Positions 52,019 through 64,000 of a stretch of 64,000 nucleotides of DNA are shown here, in pieces. Origin of the DNA: Camelus dromedarius (taxonomy: Eukaryota). A program made the position numbers and the translations under genes. The number at the start of each line of letters is the position of its first letter. The first letter of the stretch is position 1. The notes under the pieces were generated by a model. That model worked only from the letters and a program-made list of their open reading frames with translations, made no database searches and was not told where the DNA came from. Location: assembly GCF_036321535.1 (NCBI RefSeq), contig NC_087436.1, positions 89,468,001 through 89,532,000 of the forward strand, in the 5' to 3' direction.

Positions 52019-52088
<70 letters not shown>
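52019..52088. repeat. (TA)35 microsatellite
   Basis: Perfect uninterrupted TA run. Confidence 0.95.
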
Positions 52089-52093
<5 letters not shown>

Positions 52094-52669
52094 TTTGCAA
52101 AGCTTTCAATCAATTGCACCAGCCACTTCTTCAGAACATCTCTTGATCAATAATGCCCATGATACTGGAAGGAGAGGAGAGAAACTTTCTTTCTGTGCAG
52201 TAGGAGTGGAATCTCTGTTAAGAGATATATCTGGTTGCTGGCTCAAATTTTTGAACTTCACTATTTTTTTCCAATATTTCTTGTTAGATCAAGAATGTGT
52301 ATTTTTATGGTATTTCATTTATTTAAAAATTATTTTATGACTTTCCTGGTTGTCAAAGACAAAATTGTTCCACCATATTTGAAATTCAGCCAGTTATTAC
52401 CAGGCTATACTAACTTCCTTTCTGAGATGATTTTTAAGAAATAGATTTGGGGCAACCAAATTTTTACTAATATCAGTTGTATTTAGCACTAATTAGTATA
52501 GTGACTTTTCAGAGTACAAACAAAATGTCAGCTATGTTTTCAGGACAGATGAAACTACACACTCCTTTTTGGTATTTGTATCAACTTTCCCTGCTCTAGT
52601 TTATTTTATATGTGGGTTTACATGAACATATTTTAATAATTTTAAAAGTACCTATTGTTAATAATTTTC

Positions 52670-55600
52670 TTATAGCCTTTCAAAATTACAGAAAAATTGG
52701 AAGCACAATACAAAGAGTGTTTTCTTCCCCCTGAACCGTTTGTAAGTTACTAATTTGATTCTCTATCATTCCCAACTACTTTAGTGTTTAAACCCTACAA
52801 AAAAGAACATTCTCCCACATAATCACAATACCATCTACAAAATCAAGAAATCAACTCTGATACTTCAGAAAGGCCCAGATTCCATTCAAGTTTTGTGCAT
52901 TACCCTAAATGCATCCAGCAGAAGGTTCCAGCTAAAAATCTCATATTGTATTTAGTTGTATCTCTTTTGACTCCTTCAGCCTGGAACATTTCCATGATTT
53001 TTTTCTTTGACTTTCATGACAACATTTTTGAAGACTGCAGGCTAGTTATTTTGCAGAATGTTCACTCAATATGCGTTTGTCTGATGTTTCCTCATGATTA
53101 CACTCATATTGGGCATCTTTGTCAGGAAACCACAGAAAGAATGCTTTCTTCTTTTCATTACATCCTATTAGGTGGTGCGTGATTTCAATTTGCCCCATTA
53201 CTCAGGATATTCACTGTGATTGCTAGATTAACATGGTGTCTGCTAGATTCCTTCACTGTAAAGTATCTCTTTTCCCTGTTGTAATTTGTAAATATTTTGA
53301 GGGAAGTAACTTTGGAATTGTATAAATATCCTGTTCCTCGTGAATCTGTTAATTTTGTTAATTTTTATGTATATAAACTAGAGACTTTCTATTATATTTT
53401 TGTACTCAAATTGTTCCCAGTTTGTCAAGCAGTAGCCCACTTAAGCTGGCTTTTGAATTCTTAGTGTATGTCCCTTTATTTAAACACTTCTTTACTTTGT
53501 GGCTTATCTTTTAAATTTTTTCCAGCTTTATTGAAATATGATTGACAAATAAAAATTGTGTTTATTTAAAGTGTACAATGCAGTGATTTGATATATGTAT
53601 GTGTTAGGAAGTGATTACCACAGTCAAGCTAATTAACATATCCGTCACTTCATAGTTAATTTTTGTGTGTGTGTGTATGTGTGGTGAGAAGACTTAAGAT
53701 CTACTCTCTTAGCAAATTTTGTGTATACAATATATTATTATTGACTATAGTCACCATTCTGAACTTATTCATCTTAAAACTGAAAGTCTGTACCTTTTGG
53801 CCAACATCTCCCCATTTCCCCCAACCCCCAGGCCCTGCTAATCACTCCTAGTCCCTGTTTCTATGGATTTGACTTATTTAGATTCTGCATATAAGTGAGA
53901 TCATGCAGTATTCCTTGTTCTGTATCTGACTTATTTCACTTAGCATAATTTCCTCAGGGTTCATCTATGTTGTCACAAATGGCAGGATTTCCTACTTTTT
54001 ATGGCTGAATAATATCCCATTGTGTATGTATATTTTTATATTTATATATTATATATATAACTAACATGTATTTATATAAATATGTATTATACAATATATT
54101 TATATATTATATGTATAAGATATATAGATAGAGATATATGAATAAGATAAAGAAAATTTGGTTTAAATATATGATTTTTATTATCCATTCACCTATTGAC
54201 AGACATGTCATTTTCATGTCTTGGCTATTGTGAATGATGCTGCAGTGAACATGACAGTGCAGATATCTCTTGAGATAATTGATTTTATCTCCTTTGGATT
54301 TATACCCAGAAATGGAATTGCTAGCTCATAGGGTAGTTCTATTTTTAATTTTTTGAGGAACCTTAATACTGTTTTCCATACGACTATACAAAATTACATT
54401 CCCACTGACAGTGTACAAGAGTTCCCTTTTCTCTACATCCTTGCCACACTTATCTTTTGATTCTGATAGTAGCCATCCTAACAGGTTTGAAGTGATAGCT
54501 CATTGTGGTTTTGATTTGCTTTTCTCTAATGATTAGTGATTCTGAGCACCTTTTCACATACCTGTTGGCCATTTGTATGTCTTCTTTGGAAAAATGTCTA
54601 TTCAGGTCCTTTGCCCATTTATTAAATTGCTTTTATTTGGCTATTAAGTTGCGTGAGTTCCTTATATTATTTTAATATCCATATTGGATATGTGTAGCTT
54701 AACTTGCACTTTCTGTGTCTCCAACCATTTCTCCAAGTAGCGTGATTTCCTTTTAGTGGGGAATGGTAGAAGCTAAGACCCAAAGGTTAAGTGTACTACT
54801 GATTGCTTTTGGAGTGTCAGTACTTCCAGGATTTACAGTGGATTGATGTAGGGAATATAGACTTGTATAACACACATACAACACACACACACACACATTT
54901 ATATCAATAATTATTTCTCTCTCTATAGTGAAAACCATGAGTTTTTAGTATAACCAATACCTGTCCAAAACCACAGAATTTATTTCAGTTTTCTCCTTTT
55001 GCATATGTTTAACTCTCATCTCTGATTCTGAAAAACCTGTTTCCTGGTTTCTCCCAGGAAATATATTGTCTTTAGTATACCAATCACCTATCTTCCCTTT
55101 AAACTCCTCCCACACTCAAATGCACTTCTCACCTGTTCCAGATCTGACTCCCATGTGTTGATGTCCTCTTCACTCCACTTGGGATCCTATGCCCCATCCT
55201 GTCACTCTCCGCTGAGATGAGTTCCTCGCCCCAGTTAGACTCTGAAATCCAGTCCTAGCCTGCCCTCACTTATAAGTATCCTCCTCACTGCATTTGGGCT
55301 CCTGGTTCTCCCCACTGGATCAACCAAAATGCATGGAGATCCTTCTCATCTTGCTGGAGCTATAACAGCTAATACGAGGCCATGCCCATGAACCGTGCCC
55401 TCCTCGTCTAGCTTAGGTGCTCATTTCACATCAGGCTTCTTTCCAAAGGAATCATAGCTCACTCTGGTTCTGAGCAGCTGTGCTGGGCTCCTCCTCTTCT
55501 CTCTTGCTGGGATGCTTCCCTAACTCCAGGTTGGTCTTCCATGAGGAAGCCCTCCTCACCCAGATTAGACTCTGACACTCTGTCCCAGGGAGACTTCCTC

Positions 55601-55680
55601 TGTAGACACCCCCCATCTCATTTGTGCTCTGATACACCATCTCACAGCTGGAAGCCATACTTACTTTGCTCTCTCCCTAC
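52670..55680 (-). mobile_element. old L1MC-like 3' region interrupted by a younger L1
   Basis: aacattctcccacataatcacaatacc, tttgtctgatgtttcctcatgatta, resuming after 54700 with ccatttctccaag...ttccttttagtggggaatggta. Confidence 0.6.
53511..54692 (-). mobile_element. L1MA-like 3' fragment
   Basis: ccagctttattgaaatatgattgacaaataaaaattgt 3' end plus ORF2-end sequence. Putative TSD tgtggcttatctt / tgtagcttaactt. Confidence 0.85.
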
Positions 55681-58204
55681 CTCCTTGTTTCTTTTAACTC
55701 CTAATTTAGAAAATCAAAAAGCTTTCTTTTTATGAGACCAGGACAGAAACCTATGTTTGAAACTGAAAATCAGGTGGCCTTCCTCTCTTTATAGTTACCA
55801 AAAATTATTTAAATATCACTATCCAGTATATTTAAACTATTATTTTGTTTATAAAAATTTGATATCTGCTTAATCTTTTTCACGGAACACAGATTTGCCC
55901 TATTCACATATCTTAGACAATCATTAATCTATCCTTGTGTAATACAATTAGTAGAATTGCATTTTGTAAACCTTTTATTTTAAGATTATGTCGAGTCCAC
56001 TTTGTGTCCTTATATACTGAGTGTGTTTTCAGCAATGAAAAAAGCACAGTGGATAATAGAGAGGTAACATAGGGCATTTTCCATGACCTCAAGCAGCTTA
56101 GGATCTTTTTGGACTTGCAGTAGTTCCAAAGGAGAAATCATGCAGTGCAGCATACAAACCTCACACTGAATTACACAGCAGTTGGTAAGTTTAGTGTAAA
56201 TTCCAAGAGAAGTGTGACTTGTGGGTTGGAGCAGTTGAAGTTTTTGTTTTTTTTTTTAATAGGAATTATGTTACTTCAGTTGGCCCTAGAGAGTAACATG
56301 GGATTTGGACAGCTGAAAAGATGGGGAAAAGAGAAGTCAGTGTCAGCAAAGTCATAGGTAGAAAAAGCATGGCATGTGGGGGATGGAAAGGAATATAATC
56401 TGATGGGAATGACAGCAAATTGGGAAGTCATAGGAGGTTAGATTGATAACTGAAATGGGATACCATCTCCAGGCCTTGGAAACTCTCAGTGTAAAGAATG
56501 TGGGCTTTTCCCACAACCACTAGAACTACGGTAGGATCTTAAGCAACATTATGACATGATGAAAGTGATGTTTTAGGAATTTTAATCTAGAGGATCTTTA
56601 TAGTATGGATTAGAAGTAGAAAAAACTGTCATTTAGGCAGAAAATGTTTAGGATTCAGCTACAGAACCGAGGATGGAAAAAGATGGAACAACTCTGAGCT
56701 TTTTCCAAGGACAGCTGAGAACACAGTAAAAGAAACAAACAAACAAAAAAATGAAAGGTTGAAAGTGGCTCCAGCAGATCTCAGGCAAAATGAGTGGGCA
56801 GTGCATTCTCTGGAAGAAACATTAAAATCTAACATTTTGCACTTGGCATTGGATTTAAAATGCCTTCCTTTAATTTCCTTGTTTAGTAATTATTTTATTC
56901 CATGACTTCCAGAAAATTTGCAGAATGTCCATTAAAAAAGACAAACTAAAGAGGAAAATTAAAAAGAAGAATTGGTAATGAATGGCTGGAAAGACATACA
57001 TGAGCAGAAGTTATCCCTACATGCAGTGTAGCAGTTACCTAAAAGCAGGTATGTGTTCGAGGTCAATTATGTCGTCTTAGTTCCAAGCCATAGTCTTGGA
57101 AGCAGAGGAGAGGTTTGAAGTATTTTTAAAAACCATTTCGAGGCAGGAATGGACCTGTAATTTTCAGAGAATACTTAGGAGATCAGCGGTAACCACAGAC
57201 ATATCAGGTAGGGAGCATTTTGGTTAAACAGTACTATGGTTATTTCCACGTTCAAACAAACACATAACAGAAGAGAAGCAACCAGCACAGAATTTCATGT
57301 GTCAGTCTTACAAAATACACAAAAATATCAGTGTTGAGAGAAATTTCCAGAAATATCTTCTGCATTTGCCATGTTTACAATTTTCTTACTTTTTAAAGCA
57401 TCATATCTAAGGCTACATAGACAAAAAATAGTGTGTGCTTTCAGAGGTCATCTGGGACCATGTAAAACCTACATATCAAAGCATAACCTTTATTTTGAAA
57501 TACAATTAGTGTAGCTGAGACTACATTCTGCTCTGGGAACAAAAAAGCATATGCGAAAGAATCAAGATAATAGGCTATGTGTGGTTTGGTAGTTACAGAA
57601 ATGGAATATGAAATGAAGACTAGTTAAGCTCCAGCTTGTTGTTTGTTTGTTTTTTTAGTTTTATATATTAGATGTTGCATCTGAAAAAAAATGTCACCAA
57701 TGAAAATTTCAGGGGTGAAATTTTACTCACTGCTTCGTTCATTTGGGATCTTCTTGTATCTTCACTGTATTTTCACCTCACCTTTGCTTTAAGTATATTT
57801 TGTGAATCTTAAAAATATCACAAATTTAAGCAAATTCCAGCTTTTCTCCCCTCCCAGCTCTGTTGCTCTTTCTTGAATAAAACATAAAATTAAATGTTGG
57901 ATTTTGGTTGTGTGTTGTAAATTATGCGTTGAATTTAGTTTTCACAGAAATATGAGCCATTTTTTTTAAAAGGGACAAAATAGATGGATAAGCTAAAGTT
58001 CCCAAAGAAAAGGCTTTCAATTTGATTTGAGATACAAAGTAAATTGTAATCTAAAAGAGAAACGTATTTTTCTCTTTATGGTTCATAATATTTTAATCTA
58101 TTTACCTACTGGACATCAATTTCAGTCCCCTGATAATTTGACCAAAAGAATGTGATTGGGGTTCAAATAAAGAAGGAATAATATCTCTACTAACAAATAA
58201 TAGT

Positions 58205-58430
58205 AAATTTTATTGAGCTTCTACGATATTCTGAGTGCTTTCTACTTTATTTAATTTCCATTTAATTAGATTAAGATGCAGTCTCTTTGAGGTAGGTAGC
58301 ATTGCTATCCTCATGTTAGGCACAGAGTGAGTCAGTAAGTTGTCTGAGTTTCTACAGCTAGGAAGAGGTAAAGACATGAACTCAGACTCTGACATGCTGA
58401 CCTCTGAGTTCATTTCCTTTTACTCATGCT
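58205..58430 (-). mobile_element. MIR SINE
   Basis: ttattgagcttctac...gaggtaggtagcattgctatcctcat...taagttgtctgag...cagctaggaag. Confidence 0.6.
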
Positions 58431-58624
58431 ATAGAATTTCTCTATTTGACATAATTTGTGAAGAATTACCTTTCTGAGATAGAAATGAGAAACAAAGATA
58501 TGTATTCCCCCAAATCAGATTGATTGAGAGTACAAAATGTCATTGAAGACATAAACTGTAATAGCTACCAGACAGACCTCTTAGGTTACCTTATTTAATT
58601 AAGAGTTCTTTACTTATTCTTCCC

Positions 58625-58755
58625 CAGCGCCATTTTCCAGATGAGGAAACTAGAGCTCAGATACATTAAATAACCTTCTTCAGGATCACAGAGCTTGTAA
58701 ATGTCAGCTTCAGAATTTGGACAAAGATCTCTGACTCCAGAAATCTGTGTTCATT
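58625..58755 (-). mobile_element. MIR core fragment
   Basis: ccattttccagatgaggaaactagagctcaga...ggatcacagagcttgtaaatg. Confidence 0.65.
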
Positions 58756-59418
58756 TTGATAGAAACCCGCAAGCCCAAAAAGAAGGAGTAGAAGAGGCAG
58801 TTGAGTCGGATTTAGGAGAAATGAAAGAGGCTGTATCAGCCAGCGGTTAAGGCAGTTAGAAAAAGAGGGAACCTTGGTAGGGCTGGAGTATGGGTTGTTA
58901 GGGTGGAGACAGCCTTGTTGGCAAGAAGAGACCACACTGCTGGTGAGAGACAGAGGCTTTCAACAGCCTCACCCGTTTGTGGAGCTCATTCATGTAACCA
59001 TGCATTCCTCATCACATTCATCCACGCACCTTAAGGACAACACACTATCCCTGAGAGTGTATTGTTTCCACCCTAAGTCAGCAGATTTAAATTGAGGGTC
59101 TGGCTCTGCCAGCTACTGGTTGAATAATCAGAGAGAAATCATAAGCACACTTTTTATGCAGGAAGCATCATTCATCTCTCAAGGTTGGGGTAAAGAGCAA
59201 TCAATGATATTTGTGAAATGGCTTTAGAAAAGTGATTAACTGCCCTGCATGTTAGTTACTGGTTACCTTGATTTCCACTCATTTTATTTCTTTATATATC
59301 TGAGGAATAAGGTACTTCCACATCAGCTGCTGAAAGCTAGGGCTGTGGTTGTTAATCCTTACAACCCTAGAACCCAGACAAATGTACACATAATGGCCAC
59401 ATACACACACATACCACA

Positions 59419-59419
<1 letters not shown>

Positions 59420-59448
<29 letters not shown>
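59420..59448. repeat. (CA)n microsatellite
   Basis: CA run. Confidence 0.9.
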
Positions 59449-59450
<2 letters not shown>

Positions 59451-61039
59451 GACACCCATCAGAATCTTCAAGAACTGAGGGAAATAGAGCTGTATTGTTT
59501 GAAAAAGTCTCCTGTTCCCAAGAAATTCTTAGATATTCCTCTAGGGTCTATCTAACTGTACCAAACCAAATAATTTAAGTCAAGTAACTTTGAGATGCAG
59601 CATTTTAAAGCTCTAGAATAGTTTATTTCCTTATTCTCTCTGTTTGAAATGTATTTAATATACAGCTAATATTTTCATGAATGAAAAATGGCCTGAAACC
59701 CGTATACTGGTTGAGCTGGTATATCAAAATATCTCAAAATATAAGTGATGCTACAATACTTTCTTCTTTGTTGGGAAATGGCGGTGGTGGAGGTGAGAGG
59801 GGGCAAAGAGGATTGCTGTAAAGAAGTTAACAAGTGACACTTCTGTTTCTCAAATGTAATTAGCAGTGTCTTTCCTCTCTACCTTTGTATAAGCCATTTC
59901 TTAAATACTATGTCTTATAGCAATGTTTGAACATTGCTGCAATTCTACCCTACTTTGCCCCAACCCTGGCTGAATGCTAATTCCTACAGTTCCTTTAGAG
60001 ATTCTGCAGGTTTGTGTGTTTGTGTGTTTTAGCTTACAAGTTATTCTCTTAACTAAGCCAAACTTTGAAAAATTAAGAGGCCTTCCAAAAAACTCTCAGC
60101 TTTTCAGTTGTTTTTTTTTTTTTGAAGAAAAATACCAGAAGTTCTAGCAACACTCTCCATCTCTTCAAGGCTAGAGCTGAGATGAATACTCATGTTTGTG
60201 TTATTTCAGATTTTCCCACCAAGCTTAGGGATAGTTTAGGGATAATTTTAATGGGGGTAGTACAATTTGATTTTTAAAGGAATCAGAGTCTTTTTGTGGT
60301 TTTGAAACTAAATAAAGTATTTGTATAAGAATGGAGGCTAGTTTCTTCACAGTGATCAGGGCAGTTTTTAAACTTTTTGAGGGCAGATCATGCTCTCTGG
60401 GATGTCAGTTTAAGACACTTTGTGGGGAGACTGAGTAAAATCCAGATGAAATTAAGAAGTGTAATTTAATGAATAATTCATCTAGATAGGACACTAACTT
60501 TTGTTTGAAATATAGAGCAACTGCATTTTGGGGTTGCTTTAGGATGTCTGAATTCGGAGTTCAGCACATTAGATAATTTTTCTCATGTACATGTGTCAAC
60601 GTGATTTTCACCTCTTTTGTCATCAAAATCTATTTCTCTTAGGAAGATTATAAAGACAATAAAGGTTGTCATTGATGATTGCTTGACACTGGAGGTTAAG
60701 ATGAATAGAAAAGAGCAATTTCTTTAAGTTTACTAGCTTCTGATGTTCTGTTTTGTTGTGAATGTTAAATTTAAATATTATTGATATATTATATATAATC
60801 CATTTTCTCTGGATTTCCCACTATGTAATGTCTACTGTCACCAATCCAGTTTCCAAGGTGTTCTCTAAAAAACCATGTTCATTCCTTCCTCTTAGTATTC
60901 ACATGTTGCCTCTAATGAAAACCATTTCATATCTCCTCTTTGTTATCCAAATTTACCTATCCTCTCAGGTCTAAAATAAAGTTCTCTTTTCATGGAACAT
61001 TTTTTTGATTAAAAATGTTGCATATTAGAAAGGATATGG

Positions 61040-61240
61040 ACATCGAAGGTAGACAAGCCTGGTTTTGAAACCAAATCTTCTGCTTATTTGACTGTGTAGA
61101 TGTTATATAACTTCCCTGATCCTCAGTTTCCCCATAAAATTGTTAAAATTGGTGTAATAATTGCCTCAGGTTTTTATGAGAAAAAATATGTTACAGCATG
61201 TTAAACATTTGAAGCATCATAAGGTGTTAACAAATACTTT
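61040..61240 (+). mobile_element. MIR SINE
   Basis: agacaagcctggttttgaaacc...taacttccctgatcctcagtttcccca. Confidence 0.55.
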
Positions 61241-63920
61241 TTCCATAGCACTTAATAATCTGAAGATGTGTCTATTTGATTTGCATGAGGTTTTAAAATG
61301 TTTAAATTAGTTTCCAACACTAGAAAAGAATAGATATTTTACATAAACATCTAAATTCCTGTTTCTCTTCAGAAAATTAGTAGGTCTAGGAACCTTGGTC
61401 TCCTATTATCAAGTGGTAGCAATCCATGGGCAGTTTAGCAGGCAGCTTTTCTGAGAAAATGTGCTTCAGTGTGGCTGAGTATCTGCCTTGCCCATTGCAC
61501 GTATTTACTTGCCCTTCTTGGACCTGATTATCTCTTGAATTTACTATCCTGAATTTAAGCCATTTACTTTTGTGTTTGAATACATTAACTGTGTGTATAT
61601 ATCTTATTCTGTAGTATATAAAAATACCGTATGTCTTTATGTACATTATTATATATGATATACCTTGTATATCTTATTTTATTATATATAAATAGATTCC
61701 TAGAGGGCAGACATGAGATACATAAAAAAAACTCTTCAAAATTTCTACCAGCTTCTAATACTTATGATACATCATAAGTTAACAAACATTAGTTAAATTA
61801 GATTATAAGGTGAAAAGATGTAAATAAGTCAGTGGAATTAGTTTTATCTGCTATCAGTATATCTTCTGCGTCTCTATGAGACTATGAAGGAGGATACATG
61901 CAGAGGAAAAAAGCCAAAAAAAGCAACAAAAAAACCCCCCACACCTTTTTTTTTTTTTTTCTTTCGAACACCAGGATTGGTTTTTCAGGGATTTTCTTCT
62001 GTTCACTGAAACTTTAGTATGCATTCTGAAAACTCTTTGTTTTGATCAGTTTTTACTTCTGTGGCTCTCCCACTGGGAAATTGTACTCGCTCTTTGTTTA
62101 ATTTAGGTGTTACATAAATATGTTGAAATGCTCCACTATTTCAGTTCCTACTGTGAAAATATTTTGTAAGCAGCAGTATTAAAACACTTTTTTTCTCCTA
62201 GCTATATAGATCATAGGAATTTGAAAGCAGGAAGAGAGTGTAAAACTTATCCTGTACACTTTCCCATGACACCACTGGGGCTTAGAAAAGAAAATGGTGT
62301 GCCCACAGCTCACCTCAAGGTCAGAGAACCTCAACTAGGGCCCAGCATTCGTGACTCCAATTCAAACTGATGTTTAAATTTCAAATAGTAATACAGCTTT
62401 TTATGATGCTGTAAGCAAATAAAATGGATTTCAGTGAAATAGTTATGTTCTCCACTTCATAATCTAAATCGACTAGTATTTGTTAAACTTACTATGTGGT
62501 TTTAGTTTATTCTCACAAGAACCATATGGGGCAAGTATTACTATTATCCTCATTTTAGACTAGGGAAATCTGAGTAACTTGCTGGGAGTTAGCCAGTGAT
62601 GGTGGAGGTGAGATTTCCACTCTGGTGGAACCTCTAGGCCACCTGCCTTACCATCATATGCTTATTTTCTCTGTTCTGTTCTGCGTTTGTCATGTCCATA
62701 CGTAAGAACTGGTATAATGTCAAAGTTTCCAGTCTTTCTATCTGTGATTGCATGAAGTTTAACTTTTAAAGTTAAAAGTTTCTACCTTCATTGCACAGTT
62801 CCATCAAACTGCATCTCCATAGTTCCAACTATTTCTGATCCTATTCACCATTTCATCTATCTGTGAAATTCTGAAATTACTAAGTGGTGATTTTCTTCCA
62901 CTGTGGATATACCTTATTGATGTTTGCCACTTTAAAAACAAACAAAAACTCTTCAGCTATGATGACTTTGGATAAGTAAAATAATTCTTTTTAATAACTT
63001 TGCTTCAAGTCTTCTCAATTACTCAAAAAATCTCATTTTTCTCTTAGGAGTAGTTTTGGTTTTTGACTCTTAATTTCACCCTTTTTATGAGAAGAGTGCC
63101 TGATGGGATGAAAACTTGTGCACTTTCTATTCAAGAGAGAATTTTCAGTTTAACTTTTTAATGTCCTCATGTTTGCAAAAGCTTATCCAGTGCTGGATGA
63201 TGCACTGTGTAAGGAGACGGAAGGAATAGAAACTGTACTTTGCAGTTGAGAAGTAAAACATACGAACAACTGGGCAAATAACTTAAGTCTTTATAAGGTA
63301 AGGCTGATTAGTGAACATCAGTGTCCCAATCCTGTAGTGCTGAGCTGAGGTGAGTGTGTGGAGTGAAGCACAGCTGAGTCAGGTGATGTTAATCAAGGGC
63401 TTTGGAAAAGGATACTGTTCAATCCTAGTACTGTAGTCAGATCCTCTACCTGGCGCTCATTCCTCACTGATCTGTAAGAACTTGGAGGAAGCACATAGTT
63501 CAGATCCTAAGCTAATTTTTTTTAGAACACTTTATTTTTCTGATTAAAAAACAAAACCAGACTTAACTGTAAATATTTTAAAACTATAAAAAAAGTATGA
63601 AGAAAAATATTGTCATCCAACATAAAATACCTTGTAAACAGTTAATGGTCTTTTTCTCCAGGTCCATGTATTTAACTGCCTAAACATTTGTCTTTTGCCT
63701 CTATATTATATTTGTTCAACAAATTTAGGATCATATTGTCTACGTAATTTTTAGCTTTTTTCTCACTTAATCCAAAATACACAAAATATGCACAAAATAA
63801 CGCAAAATACATAACTAATTTGCCGTACATTTAATATTGTTCAAAAACATGTTTTAATGACTTTGTCATATTTTCTTCTGTGATGATAAGCATATTTTGT
63901 TATTCTCCTATTACATATGT

Positions 63921-64000
63921 TGTCAACTAAAATTTGACAAGGGGGCCAAGAATACTCAATGGGAAAGAATTGACTATTCAATAAATGGTGTTATGAAAAC
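63921..64000 (+). mobile_element. L1 ORF2 fragment running off the window edge
   Basis: caactaaaatttgacaagggggccaagaatactcaatgg...ctattcaataaatggtg corresponds to QLxFDKGAKNxQW...LFNKWC. Confidence 0.7.

Noticed and set aside
25073..64000. COX7B2 coding exon
   Set aside because: No COX7B-like peptide in the ORF track or by eye. It presumably lies beyond the window.

Overview
AT-rich, CpG-depleted mammalian genomic DNA, most likely camelid (tRNA-Ala-derived vic-1-type SINE at 44918 and camelid/artiodactyl-type L1 3' ends). The only protein-coding segment I can support is the terminal exon of GABRA4 (GABA-A receptor alpha-4, + strand, 5179-5709), preceded by the end of its last intron and followed by a probably long 3' UTR. 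About 19 kb past the stop codon lies a small CpG-containing promoter with a strong splice donor (about 24770-25078). By recalled mammalian synteny this is probably the non-coding first exon of testis-specific COX7B2, so the rest of the window would be its first intron. The remainder is mostly interspersed repeats. Two nested stacks stand out. (1) A fossil hAT-Tip100/Zaphod-like transposon (about 21230-24145) is split by two abutting Tigger-family elements. (2) A non-coding ERV1-class provirus of about 7.4 kb (34057-41505; two LTRs, Arg-type PBS, PPT) sits inside an older solo LTR and itself carries a young solo LTR and two L1 insertions with clean target-site duplications. I found no convincing previously undescribed gene system. 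The other ORF-track entries are chance or repeat-derived. Repeat family names come from recalled consensus similarity, not from a database search.
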